Notes: generated by a model from the sequence alone, not told the origin. DNA of 64,000 nucleotides from an uncultured Planctomycetaceae bacterium (GCA_963813715.1 CAWFAK010000014.1:126810-190809); one strand, 5' to 3'; shown: positions 22,667 through 33,045, counted from the first letter of the stretch. Numbers and translations are program-made.

Positions 22667-23131
22667 TCATCCTTGCGTACGCACTTCGCGGCACGTCGCC
22701 TGAATCAACAGCATCGAGAGGAACAAGTTCGCGTACCACGCGGACGGATCGACGGTCACGAGCGGCTTGACGAACGTTTTGATGCTCTCGCTCGTCAGCG
22801 GTCCCAGCTGCTTCATGTGAAACAGACGCCGCACGTTCTGCCGCCAGTTGAGCTCTTGCTCGTAATTCGCAAACTGATTCTGGTTGTCGTTGTTGACCAG
22901 CGCAACCAGGATGTTGTAGGTCACGTCGTCCTGATCGTTGACGCCGGAGAGCGGCAACTCTTCGCTCGCGAACGCGATGATCACGCACGGCAGCGACTGG
23001 TTCCGATCGCTCGGCACTTTCTGGATCACGACATTTGAGGTGCTCAGGCCGACCAGCGTCCCACCGGTGATCGCGCCTTGAATCGCGCTCTGAATATCCT
23101 CCATCGCTCGATAGACAACCGCGTCCGCCAT
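22667..23131 (-). CDS. Tail terminator-like protein
   Basis: SLPCVIIA motif and terminal ATCREVR, ~155 aa, upstream of tube. Confidence 0.55.
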   Translation of the reverse strand: MADAVVYRAMEDIQSAIQGAITGGTLVGLSTSNVVIQKVPSDRNQSLPCVIIAFASEELPLSGVNDQDDVTYNILVALVNNDNQNQFANYEQELNWRQNVRRLFHMKQLGPLTSESIKTFVKPLVTVDPSAWYANLFLSMLLIQATCREVRTQG

Positions 23132-23266
23132 ATTGTTTTGCCGGCTAGCCGCTTCACGTTTGAATTGGGAAGACGCCGCCAGCGCACGCACGCCGGCCGG
23201 AGTGGAGTCGGGATCTCGATGGGCGACTGGTCGGCATTGTGGCCGCCGGTCGAATGGGATGCGTCG

Positions 23267-23608
23267 CTAGGTCGTACGCGTGGTGGCTGTGAACCAGCCC
23301 TCGAAGAAATCGTTGTAGTTGGCGAAAGTGACCGTGATGTAGTACTGGCTCCCCTCGGTGAGCCCCTCGGTTCCCGACAAGAGCCCGCGATAGTCTCCCG
23401 GAACCGCATTCACGGCCGGCATGGAGACACTCGTCAGCCCTGGAATCGGTTCGCCCGGAATCGGGTTGCCGTCTTCGTCGAATCCGCCCAAGAGGTGGAC
23501 GGTGAAGGCGGGCAGAGCGTCGGTGACCGGCGCCCCGGTTGACGCCAGCAAGTAGCCTTGCAGGTAGACGTCGTTGTCGTTGCCGACGAAAAGTTGTGCG
23601 GACGCCAT
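23267..23608 (-). CDS. Small beta-rich virion accessory protein
   Basis: 113 aa, coupled to repeat protein gene; Ig-like pattern (GDYRGLL..LTEGSQYYITV). Confidence 0.45.
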   Translation of the reverse strand: MASAQLFVGNDNDVYLQGYLLASTGAPVTDALPAFTVHLLGGFDEDGNPIPGEPIPGLTSVSMPAVNAVPGDYRGLLSGTEGLTEGSQYYITVTFANYNDFFEGWFTATTRTT

Positions 23609-23609
23609 G

Positions 23610-24872
23610 TCAGTCGACCGTTAGGTTGCCTTGTCGAGTGGGTACGGCAGTGAAGTGGCGGGCACTCCGCGTCGCCTGGACCGTCAAGTAGCCGCCCTTC
23701 GCCCCAGAAAACGCGCCCAGGTGCCGCTGGACCGTCAGCGTCATCTCGTCCGCTTCGAGCCCCGGTTGGAGCCAGGGGCGAATCCGATTGGCGCTGTGGC
23801 GGGCGTGCCACGGGTCGCAGTCGGAGAATGGTCCGTCGTCGATCGGCGGTTGGCCCGTGTAAGGGGCGAACGCGTCCGGCATCGCCAGGTCGTCCCAGTT
23901 GCGCTTGCAGCGGGGAATCATCCGGCTGTCGGTTTCGGCGAAGACGTCGCCCGGGAAGTCGGGCAACAGTCCTTGCTCCTGCTCGACGGGCTCGGGGTAG
24001 ACGCGCTTGGCCCGCGGGATCATCCGCAGGTCGGTCTCGGTAAAGACGTCGCCCGGCCAGCTTTGTAGCTGCCCGAGCTCGTTCTCGACCGGCTCGGGAT
24101 AGATGTTCTTGTGCCGCAGCCGCATTGCGGCCGGGCGATCCTGCGTTTCGGTGAACGTGTCGCCGGGATAAATCTCGTGCCAGTGTTCGCAGTCGACCGG
24201 GTCCGGAAAGCTGCGGCGATGGCGAATCCGTTTCAAGATCGCGTACGGGACCGGATCGGAAAACACGTCGCCCGGCCAATTTTGCAGCAACCTCTTTTCG
24301 GTCTCGATTGGCTCCGGATAGCTGTGGCGATTGCGGGCCCGCTGGGGGATCATCCGCGAGTCGGTCTCGCTGAAGACGTCACCGGGCAGCGGGAGGCCCA
24401 GCTCGCATTCCACCGGCGCCGGGTAGCTGCGATGGTGCCGCGCTCGCACGTGTCGCGGCAGCGCGTCGGTTTCGGTGAACACGTCGCCGAGCAGCTGCAA
24501 ACCGAGCTCACACTCGACGGGAGCCGGGTACGTCCTACGATGTGCGATTCGTTGCAACCGTGGATTCTCCTGCGTTTCGGAGAACACATCGGTCGAAACG
24601 GGCAGCCCCAGCTCGCACTCGACGGGCGCCGGATGGGTCAGCCGACCGCGAAACCGCCGCGGCATCATCCGGCTGTCGGTGTCGAAGAACACGTCGCCAG
24701 GGAAACTTTGCAACAGTCCCTGTTCAATTTCGACCGGCTCCGGATACGAACGGCGATGCCGCACCCGGCGCTGCGTCGGATTCTCCTCAGTCTCGGAGAA
24801 GACGTCGCCCGGATTGATTTGCAGCAGTCCTTGCTCGACTGCTGCTGCCGGATAGTAGATCTTGCGTCGCAT
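23610..24872 (-). CDS. Tandem-repeat protein, 9 x ~35 aa
   Basis: Consensus YPxPVExExGLxxxxPGDVFxETxxxxxxxRxRHRRS. Confidence 0.75.
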   Translation of the reverse strand: MRRKIYYPAAAVEQGLLQINPGDVFSETEENPTQRRVRHRRSYPEPVEIEQGLLQSFPGDVFFDTDSRMMPRRFRGRLTHPAPVECELGLPVSTDVFSETQENPRLQRIAHRRTYPAPVECELGLQLLGDVFTETDALPRHVRARHHRSYPAPVECELGLPLPGDVFSETDSRMIPQRARNRHSYPEPIETEKRLLQNWPGDVFSDPVPYAILKRIRHRRSFPDPVDCEHWHEIYPGDTFTETQDRPAAMRLRHKNIYPEPVENELGQLQSWPGDVFTETDLRMIPRAKRVYPEPVEQEQGLLPDFPGDVFAETDSRMIPRCKRNWDDLAMPDAFAPYTGQPPIDDGPFSDCDPWHARHSANRIRPWLQPGLEADEMTLTVQRHLGAFSGAKGGYLTVQATRSARHFTAVPTRQGNLTVD

Positions 24873-24945
24873 TTGTTTCTTCGCGGACTAACCAGGCATT
24901 CGCGCGTCAGCGTTCCTGCACTTAGCCAGCATGAGAGGCGCGGTC

Positions 24946-25232
24946 TCAGCGAATTCCGTAATTAAACGGGACGAAGATGCGGGACGGCTTGTAGTCCTCC
25001 GGCCGGCCCGCTTCGACGTTCTCCATCCACTGCTCGAGGTGCACGCATTTTTCGCGGCAGTTCTTCGAGCCGCAGACCGGACCCACGCAGCTGTCGCAGA
25101 AGAAGAATCCGTCTCGCGGCTCCAGAAATGCATGCCGCAGTGGATGCACATCACCATCTTCTGCCGCGTGATCTTGTCGCTGCCGAACTCCTGGGTCTCG
25201 ACAACGGCCGATTCGTAAATCTGGGTGGTCAT
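24946..25232 (-). CDS. Small Cys-rich zinc-binding protein (frameshift near 25120)
   Basis: CIHCGMH then CDSC..VCGSKNCREKC in adjacent frame; GAGG RBS. Confidence 0.55.
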
Positions 25233-25358
25233 TGAACGATACCTCTAAAGAGCCGCGCACACAGTAAGCGGTCCTTCGCGATAGGAGCGGCGACAGATGC
25301 AACACAGGTGCGATCGCACGAAGAGTTCGCTTCCTTTGTGCGCGGCTGTTTGGGCTGC

Positions 25359-25604
25359 TTATGGCTTGGGGGCGATGCTGAGCACATACGACTTGCCGAC
25401 CTCGAAGGCCTGGGCGTCAGCGACTTCCATCAGCGGGAGTTGAAACCCACCGACGGCGCCTCCTTTGCCGTTGCCGCCGACGTTCTTGGCCATCAACGTC
25501 ACCGTCCGCCATTCGGCGATCAACTCGTGACCCTGGTGGATTTCTTCCGGGTCGATCGCCACACAAATGAATTCAAAGCCGGGAGGGGCGGTTGTTTCTG
25601 ACAT
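25359..25604 (-). CDS. Hypothetical protein
   Basis: GAGGAG RBS, 81 aa, AFEVGKSYVLSI C-terminus. Confidence 0.6.
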   Translation of the reverse strand: MSETTAPPGFEFICVAIDPEEIHQGHELIAEWRTVTLMAKNVGGNGKGGAVGGFQLPLMEVADAQAFEVGKSYVLSIAPKP

Positions 25605-25632
25605 CGGGGTTCTCCTCGAGAACTTCGGCCTG

Positions 25633-25752
25633 GAATTTCCGAATGACGAAGCACGAATGACGAAAGCAGCTCGCCGCCCGAACGGGACTCGCGCGGCGAT
25701 GGGTCCTGCGTCCTTAGGTCATTCGGTCGTTTCCTTCGTCATTCGGAAATTC
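25633..25752. repeat. MITE/REP-like element with 19-bp terminal inverted repeats
   Basis: GAATTTCCGAATGACGAAG ... CTTCGTCATTCGGAAATTC, perfect IR, with internal GAATGACGAA units. Confidence 0.75.
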
Positions 25753-25768
25753 GCACGGCCAGGCGGGG

Positions 25769-26236
25769 CTATTCGATCCAGGAAATCGTCGAGTCGTAGG
25801 CCACGCCCGTGCCCGACGAGAACGACAGCGAGCGCAGGCCCAGCCCGTTGTTTTGCGTGGCGATGAGCATGGCTTCCTTGCCGTCGCGGGGGATCCAGCG
25901 GACCGTATTTCGCTGATGGCAGTTGAGCCGCCAGAGCGTCTTGCCCGAGGTGTAGGTGGGCTCGGTGCTGAAGCTGCCGGCATTCACGCCGAACTGCCCC
26001 GCCGGTCCGCCCGGATCGTCCTGGGCAGGCGTGATGGCCGTGCCTCCGGAGCCGGCGGTGGTGGTGCGGTTGAAGAAGAACTCGGCGATCTGATCGGCCG
26101 GCGTAGCCGGACACGAAATGTCAACTTCGCCGACCTTCCCCCGCGTGGTGGGAGTGGAGAGGGTCTGGTACAGGTTCTGCATCGTCAGGTTCGTCCCGAC
26201 GGTGACAGAAGCTGTTGAATCAAAGGGCTCGGGCAT
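25769..26236 (-). CDS. Putative virion accessory protein
   Basis: 155 aa Thr/Gly-rich with RBS, within head-tail accessory block. Confidence 0.55.
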   Translation of the reverse strand: MPEPFDSTASVTVGTNLTMQNLYQTLSTPTTRGKVGEVDISCPATPADQIAEFFFNRTTTAGSGGTAITPAQDDPGGPAGQFGVNAGSFSTEPTYTSGKTLWRLNCHQRNTVRWIPRDGKEAMLIATQNNGLGLRSLSFSSGTGVAYDSTISWIE

Positions 26237-26276
26237 GGAATTCGTCTTTCAAAAAACAGGGAGTTAGGGTTGAGGT

Positions 26277-27674
26277 TCAAATCGCGATGTGCAGGCAGCC
26301 TTGTTTGACCGAAGTCCCGCATTGAGAGTTCGCGTCGTCGTTGAATTGCAGGTGCTGCCCGTCGTCGTACGTGGAGAACGTTGCTTCGCTCGACCATGGG
26401 CCTTGAATCGTTCCCGACCAATCGCTGTTGGTGGAGTCGATGACAGTGGCCATCTCTAAGCCGTACTGCGTATCCGGAGTCAGCGAGCTCAGATTGAATG
26501 GGCTTCCATTCCCACCGCCGCCCGTGTTGCTAGTGCTACCGCTGGTCCAGTTCGCCGCGCCGACTGGATGCTCATAGCGATAGGCGTAATCACCGAAGCC
26601 GATGTTGCTACCGATCGTCGGGGGCGAGAATGAGATACTGATGCCCGTCGTGCCGTGGCCCGGGGAGATACTGGTCGGCGCGGCTGGTTCGGTCGCCCAA
26701 GCCACACCGCTCGACGCCGCGCTAGTCCCGCCGGTGCCGACCGCTTCGACTTCGAACGCGTATTCGGTGCCGGCCGTCAGTCCGGTAACCGTCGTGCTGG
26801 TGCCGCTGATGCCCGTTTGGAGCGTGCTGTAGGTGCCGCCCTTGGTGCTGGACTGGAGCAGGTTGTAGGACGTGGCACCGCTCGAGGAATTCCAACTGAT
26901 GTCCAGCACCGTGGTCGGGTTGGTGGAGTCGTTCGTGACGGCCAAGCCCGTGGGCGTGGGCGGGGCACTTGCCGCCTGCTCATAAGCGACAGCGATCGCC
27001 GTAGCCAAACTGACACTGCTTGTGGTGAAAGCCGGATTGATGCTGCTCTGCGTGGATGAAACAGAAGCTCAGGAGGCGCTTGCCGGTCGATGCGATGGTG
27101 AACTGGCCGATTTCGGTAAAACCTGACGGCCCGGTAATGCTGTCGCCGGTTGACGACGAGGTGCCCCCCATTGCGACGAGGATGATGTCATTGGCGTTGG
27201 TTGTTGAAAACGATCCGGTGGCCGGATTGCCAGTGCTGCTTCCACTTCCGGCTTGTGTGACATCCACGGTCGCGCTGCTGCCGAGTCCGGAGACTTCGGC
27301 CGCAGAGATGTCTAAACTACTGCTCGCCCGCTGGCGCCCCATGTCGCTGTGATTTTGAAACTGCTGCCGCCCGTGATGTTGGCGGCGACCCAAATGCTGA
27401 CGAAGGCGGTCCCGGACGGGATATTGTTGCTGACGGGATTGCTCAGGACGTCGGTGGTGCCACTTGAATAGCCATTGCACAAAGCACAGGTATACGAATT
27501 ACCCTCAGTGTCGCTCAGAGACAGTGTGGTCGAGGAAGTGGTGTTCGACCCCGTAACGCACACGACGATGGCGTTGCCCATGGTCGTGGCCGATCCGAAG
27601 GCAGACGATTGAATCGAGGTGCTATTTGTCGTCGCGGAGGCAGCCAGAGTCTGAACGACCGAGATGCTCACCAA
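26277..27674 (-). CDS. Fibronectin type III-containing fibre/adhesin-like protein (frameshifted)
   Basis: PTGLAV..LDISWNSSSGATSYNL..VTGLTAGTEYAFEVEAV = FN3; Ser/Thr-rich N-terminal part split over frames. Confidence 0.7.
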
Positions 27675-27701
27675 TGGTCCCTATGCGTTAGAATCTGAGG
27701 C

Positions 27702-28715
27702 ATGAAGGCGCGAATCGCCCCGACCGCGATCGTCCTCGCCATCGCGACGGCGACACTTTGCTCGTTCGGAGCCGTAGCCTATCAGCACGGCCGGCGGACG
27801 GCGCCGCTCGCCAGGTTTCTCGATCCGCGGCTCGCACCCACAATTGACGAAGCGTTCGTTAGCTTCCCGGTCGAATACGCACTGCGAGCGGACGAAGCGA
27901 ATGACGTCGTGTTCCTGGGCGACAGCATCTGCCACGACGATGTTGACCCCGCGCGGCTGAGCGGACTGAAGTCCTACAATCTCGGAAGCCTGGGAAGCGT
28001 CGGGCCGCTCGGAATATTGCTGACCGCCGAAGCATATCTGGATCATCATCCGAAGCCGCGACTGATAGTGCTCTGCATCTCGCCGCTGCGATTTGAGGTG
28101 AGCTCGGGTTCGGCTGGCGGACACGTCGCGCGTCGCCTGGTGGCGAATTACGGACCCGAGGTCGTCGGTATCGTGCCGATCACGCAAAGCCTGATGTACT
28201 TCATCAGGCGGGGAGCCCTCGAAGCCAGCGGGCGGACCGGAGGCGAGGCGCTGCTCGATAGGCCGTTGCGAGGCATGGATTCCGAAAGCTTTATTAGCCT
28301 CGGTCGCCGCATGAAGGCCTCCCGCGGATTCTTTGCACTGCCTGGCGAACATGGCGGTCGTTGGTCGGTCGAGTTCCCAGCTCCACAGCCGTTCATCCTC
28401 GACAAGTGGAAGGACGGCCTGAGTCGATTGGCCGCGCTGTGCAAGGCGTCCGGCGTTCCCATGATCGTGCGATTCGGGCCGATCTGGTCCGGCGTCTCGA
28501 AATCGCGAGACTTCACCGCGCTTGACTCCTGGGCCGACGAACTTGAGGTCACGAGCGCCAATGTCCGCGTGTCCCGGCCGATCGTCCTCGCGTGGGACCG
28601 CGACGTGATGTGGGACTGCTTGCACCTGAACTCCGCCGGTGTGGCCCGCTTTATGCCGATGGTCGCGAACGACGTGCGGGCGATTCTGCAACGGGAATCC
28701 GTCAAAGGTCATTGA
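27702..28715 (+). CDS. SGNH-superfamily (DltD/AlgX-like) membrane-anchored protein, paralog 1
   Basis: N-terminal TM; VVFLGDS, YNLG, WDCLHLNSAG (GDS + DxxH). Confidence 0.7.
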   Translation: MKARIAPTAIVLAIATATLCSFGAVAYQHGRRTAPLARFLDPRLAPTIDEAFVSFPVEYALRADEANDVVFLGDSICHDDVDPARLSGLKSYNLGSLGSVGPLGILLTAEAYLDHHPKPRLIVLCISPLRFEVSSGSAGGHVARRLVANYGPEVVGIVPITQSLMYFIRRGALEASGRTGGEALLDRPLRGMDSESFISLGRRMKASRGFFALPGEHGGRWSVEFPAPQPFILDKWKDGLSRLAALCKASGVPMIVRFGPIWSGVSKSRDFTALDSWADELEVTSANVRVSRPIVLAWDRDVMWDCLHLNSAGVARFMPMVANDVRAILQRESVKGH

Positions 28716-28787
28716 GTCGGCGGTCGGTGCACGTCGCGCGGATTGTGTCGAGCCGATGGCGCGGAGCCGGGTGGGCGAATAAAATGA

Positions 28788-29843
28788 ATGTTCATGGCGA
28801 CCCAGGCGGCCAACTCGAAAGACGGTTTCTTCCAGATTTGGTTGGCTGGTTCCGTCTTGGCGGTGACGGCGGTCTCGATTGTCGCTCTGGGGGCGATCGC
28901 CTATGGCGTTGGTGCCGGCGTCAACCGCGAATTGCGGTTCTTCCAACGGGGGGAACGGCCGACTGCTGATGAAGCGATTGCGGTTTGTCCCGTCGAGTAC
29001 GCGCTCGGGACGAGCGACAAAAATGACGTGATCTTTTTGGGCGACAGCACGTGCCACACTGGCGCCGACCCCCGCGTCTTCGAGCGCATGACCGGCCTGG
29101 TCGCCTACAACCTGGGCAGCCTTCGCGGCGTGGGGGCGTCGGGCTTCGTCATCACGCTCAAGGCGTATCTGTTGCATCATGCGAAGCCGCGGGCCGTCGT
29201 GCTCTGCGTTTCGCCGACGTGCTTCGAGGATGAGGCTGCCCGCATTGGCGGTCCGCTCCCGAAGGCGTTTGCCGCCAATTACGGACCGGAGGTGGCCGAG
29301 GTCGTGCCGCCGCTCGAGCGGATTTCGTACTTCTGCAAGCGAGGCGTGTGGTCTATCTGGCAGCCAGCCTTCGTCGATCGATTGCAGGGCCAGGACGTGC
29401 GTGACGTTCCGCTCAAGGGGATCAAAGAGGAGGAGACGTATCACACGCTGCAGCGCAAAACGCTCGACGGCCGGGGATTCTTCGGCCTGCCCGGCAGCCA
29501 CGGGCCGCCGAAGGGAATTGCGAGCGGAGGGGATGTCGTCATTCGCGAAGAATGGAGAGAGGGCGTCGAGCGCATCGCACAAATCTGCGAGGAGGCGGGC
29601 ATGACGCTCGTCGTGGTATTTGCTCCGGTCTCGGCCGACGTGGCCCGCGCCCGGAACTTCGGGCCGCTGGAAACTTTGGCCGGCGAACTCGAATCGACCT
29701 TCCCTCACACGGCGGTCGTCCGGCCGATCGTGCGAACTTACGATGCTCCCCTGATGTGGGACGGGCTGCATCTCAATTCCGCCGGCGTCGAAAAGTTCCA
29801 GGCGAGCATCGCCAAGGACGTGCAGGCCGCATTGAAGCGTTGA
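28788..29843 (+). CDS. SGNH-superfamily membrane-anchored protein, paralog 2
   Basis: VIFLGDS, YNLGSL, WDGLHLNSAG; colinear with paralog 1. Confidence 0.7.
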   Translation: MFMATQAANSKDGFFQIWLAGSVLAVTAVSIVALGAIAYGVGAGVNRELRFFQRGERPTADEAIAVCPVEYALGTSDKNDVIFLGDSTCHTGADPRVFERMTGLVAYNLGSLRGVGASGFVITLKAYLLHHAKPRAVVLCVSPTCFEDEAARIGGPLPKAFAANYGPEVAEVVPPLERISYFCKRGVWSIWQPAFVDRLQGQDVRDVPLKGIKEEETYHTLQRKTLDGRGFFGLPGSHGPPKGIASGGDVVIREEWREGVERIAQICEEAGMTLVVVFAPVSADVARARNFGPLETLAGELESTFPHTAVVRPIVRTYDAPLMWDGLHLNSAGVEKFQASIAKDVQAALKR

Positions 29844-29857
29844 GCAAGTTTGCTGCG

Positions 29858-31413
29858 TCATGCGGCCACCTGCACTTTCGTGCCGGCGGGGACGCTATAG
29901 AGCGCCGGATCGGTATACGGTCCGTACTGTTCGTAGGCCGACTGCCCGGCCGCGTTCGTGACCGTCGCTCCGTAGACGCCCGCCGTCGGCGTGAAGGTGA
30001 CTGTGGACGGAGTGCCGGAGACGCCAGTCAGGCTTGGCGTGATCGTCGCGGACGGACGCAGCGACAGGTCGTGGAACCAGGCCGCGTGCGACGGCAATCC
30101 GCTCGCCATTACGGGATCGACGCGGAAGTCGTAGACGGTTGGCGTCCAATAGGGCGAACCCTCGCCTTGCACCTGTGAGTGCAGCCACGAGTACAAGAAG
30201 ACAGCGTCGAGGTCTTGTGCGATGGCCGCTTTGACGAGGGCGGCGGTCACCTGCGAGCGCTCGGCCGCCGGATCGACCGGATTGCCGGAGTACTGGCCAA
30301 CGGGACCCCACTCGGTGCAGAACTGCGGCTTGCCGCCCCATCCGCAGCCCGCGGCCACGGCGGCGAATCGCGTGCGGTTGCTCGCCGCGGTTGCGGATGA
30401 CACGGTTTGACCGTTGAGAAATCCGTTCGTGTCGGTCGGCGCGTAGCGGCTATAGAAGTGAAAATCGATCGCGTCGCCGACGGCTGCGGGCGCCGCCAGG
30501 CTCGCGTACGGAGCGTCACCGTAATAGGTGCCGGCGACCACGAGCGCATGCGTCAGGCTGCGCACGTTCGCGGCCTGAGCACTTAGCACGGCCGTCTCGG
30601 TGGCGACGCAGAACTCTTGGTGCTGGGCATTGCCAAATTTGTTCGCCACGACGTCGTTGGCCTGGCACCAGGCGGCGGTGGCCGTGTTGAAGAGCCCGTT
30701 CAGCACGGGATCGCGGTGTAGGACCACGGATTGTCTTTGGCCAGCGAATGCTCGTTCTGCAGGATGACGGCCATCAAAGTGGGGTCGTCACCCAGTGCGA
30801 GATTCGTATAGGGATTCACCCAGCGGAACAACTGCTGATTGAACTCCGCCTGGAGCTGCATCAAGCCGGCGTCGAACCACATCCAAGGATGCATGCAGCC
30901 GACGGGGTTGCCGAGATAGCTTTGCGAGGTGCACTCGACGAACGTCGGGCAGGCCCAGGAGGGAACGTCAGCAGGCTTGAGCACGCGCTGGTAGTGCAGG
31001 GTGAGGACGATTCGTAGGTTGCGCTGGCCGCAAGCGTTAAAGAACCATCCGAGAGCCTGCAGACTGATCGGGTCGAGTTGCCGCGATCCGGTCTGCGGTC
31101 CGTTGCCGCAGCAGAACAGGTTGCAACCGGTGAAGCAGTCGAGCCCGTGAATGCGGACTGCTCGTACGCCGGCGTTGACCAGGTTGTCGAGCTGGGCGGC
31201 CACCAGCTGGGTCGAGTTCGTATTGAGCGCGGGATGGCCATTTTGCATCGTGACCATTCCCAGGATCGCCCAGTTATCGACGTTGACGCCGAAGAACGTG
31301 GCACGCTGCTGCCCGACTGCAAGGTGGCCGTTCTGAACCGTCACCGGTCCGGCGCTGATCGGCGGTGCCGTCGGCGGGCCAAACCAGATTGTGGGAGGGG
31401 AGGGCGTGCCCAT
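29858..31413 (-). CDS. Glycoside hydrolase, GH5/clan A-like (frameshift near 30720)
   Basis: FFGVN, GVRAVRIH, NPYT..LGDDP..ILQNE (acid/base), DFHFY, FCTEWG (nucleophile). Confidence 0.75.
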
Positions 31414-31513
31414 GTCGATTGTGGACTTTTTGAGATCGGTAAGGAAATGCGGGTCCGAGGAGTGATTCAGACGGGGTCGTTCGAGCTCATTACGTCAGAG
31501 CCGCCTCGCCGCA

Positions 31514-31873
31514 TCACAGTTGTTTGACGGTGAGGCAGACCCATTGGGTGTCCATCCGGACCAAGGCGGCATGCTCGATTCGCCAGTTCGCTTCGCTCGC
31601 GTCTTGGATGATGTCACCGTTGTTGAGGATGTTGCCGTTGGCGGACGGATTGAGCAGAGCATCAGGGACGATCCAGACCTTCGTGCAGCTGTCATGGCGA
31701 AAGTCGCCGAACACACGCTGGGCTTCCGCTTCTTTGAGTTGCGATGCGGCGGCGATGCTGACCGTCGTTCCGCTCCCGCCGCCCCCGGAAGCCGCGAAGA
31801 GCGTGCAGGTCACGGCCTGCGTATCGACCCACGAGACGTATTCTGCTTCCAGGATCGATTTGATCGTGCTCAC
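31514..31873 (-). CDS. Head-closure (gpFII-like) protein
   Basis: 119 aa; NGDIIQD..NWRI..QWVC pattern; position after adaptor. Confidence 0.55.
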   Translation of the reverse strand: MSTIKSILEAEYVSWVDTQAVTCTLFAASGGGGSGTTVSIAAASQLKEAEAQRVFGDFRHDSCTKVWIVPDALLNPSANGNILNNGDIIQDASEANWRIEHAALVRMDTQWVCLTVKQL

Positions 31874-31876
31874 GAC

Positions 31877-32119
31877 TTAGACGTGTCCTCGGGTCTGAAA
31901 CTGATAAGGTCCACCGATGATGGAAATCTGATCGTTGAGCCGGTCGATCTCATCGAGCAGCGACTTGCGATAACCAACCTGGTCGACGCTTACGCCTTCG
32001 CCGGTGGTGTTGGGTCCGCCGCCCGGCGTGGTTGTCGTCATCGCCGCCAACTGCGCATAGATCGCACTCCGTCGAGCGAGGAGATTCGTCAAATCTTGAG
32101 GGCTGGGAAGACCCGACAT
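31877..32119 (-). CDS. Head-tail adaptor (gpW-like)
   Basis: 80 aa helix-hairpin-helix (GEGVSVD..RKSLLDEIDRLN). Confidence 0.55.
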   Translation of the reverse strand: MSGLPSPQDLTNLLARRSAIYAQLAAMTTTTPGGGPNTTGEGVSVDQVGYRKSLLDEIDRLNDQISIIGGPYQFQTRGHV

Positions 32120-32265
32120 GGATGTGTCGTGCTTTCGGCGGAATTGGGCGGAGCGGAAAAGAGAAGCACCATCGGGCTGACGCCCGACGCTCGCCGGTCC
32201 ACGGGCTGGCGAGCCGCCGGTGTCAGCCGGCGGGTGCTTTGGGCGCTTAACGCTGCGAGAGCGGT

Positions 32266-33045
32266 TCACGCCGCGCTGGTCGTGAGCTCGAACTGGTACG
32301 CGTCGCGGTTCCAGCGGAGGCACGCGTTCGGCACGAAGCGCCGGCTTTCCGCCTCGTAGCTCGCCTTCGTCCAGGGAAGTTGCTGCGCTCCCATCCAGAA
32401 TTGCTGGGACTGTTCGCGCCCGTGCGAATCGATGACCGTCCGCGATTCCTTCTTCGTTTCGCAGCTTTCGACGATGTGGTAATAGCCGCTGGGGCCGTAT
32501 TGCTGGCCGTTGTCGTTCTTCATCCGTGTCGCCAGATGAATTTGCGGCGGATCGCACCACTCGCACTTGAAGCGGTGCCGATGCGACTGGGCTCCGAGGT
32601 TCTTGATCGCGACGTACTGACCGATCGCGTCGGCTTCGTCGATGCCGTAGAGGAACATCGCCATCGAATCGGTGCCGCGGGCGACGGCGAAGAGCTTCAC
32701 CGGAACGAGCCGCTCGACGACCGATTCGCCAGGCTGCGACGGATCCTCGCCGGCGAAGACGTACGGTTTTTCGCTCACTGATTGGGTGGCTGGGGTCGGA
32801 CTCCCCTGGCTTTTGGCCAGATCGCCGGATTGCGAGAGCGAGCTGCTCTCGACCCCAGCCGCCCGACCGGAGGTGCCAATCTGGAAGTAAACTTGCAGCG
32901 CGTGGTCGGCCCGGTCATCGATCTCGGCGGCGGCCGTCTGCGCGGTTTCCTCGTCGAGCTTTCCTTCGGCGATCAATTTCTTCACCGCGGAGACGACCTT
33001 CGCAGTCTCGAGCTTGTGGGTCTTGGCCGAGTCTTGAAGTGTCAT
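32266..33045 (-). CDS. Hypothetical protein downstream of capsid
   Basis: AGGAG RBS, 259 aa. Confidence 0.6.
   Translation of the reverse strand: MTLQDSAKTHKLETAKVVSAVKKLIAEGKLDEETAQTAAAEIDDRADHALQVYFQIGTSGRAAGVESSSLSQSGDLAKSQGSPTPATQSVSEKPYVFAGEDPSQPGESVVERLVPVKLFAVARGTDSMAMFLYGIDEADAIGQYVAIKNLGAQSHRHRFKCEWCDPPQIHLATRMKNDNGQQYGPSGYYHIVESCETKKESRTVIDSHGREQSQQFWMGAQQLPWTKASYEAESRRFVPNACLRWNRDAYQFELTTSAA

Noticed and set aside
9084..23131. Contractile injection system / R-type tailocin
   Set aside because: No sheath or wedge genes recognised, and full head and packaging genes are present
23610..24872. CRISPR array or multi-core RiPP precursor
   Set aside because: Repeats are degenerate, codon-phased and inside one ORF; no cas genes, modifying enzymes or transporter adjacent
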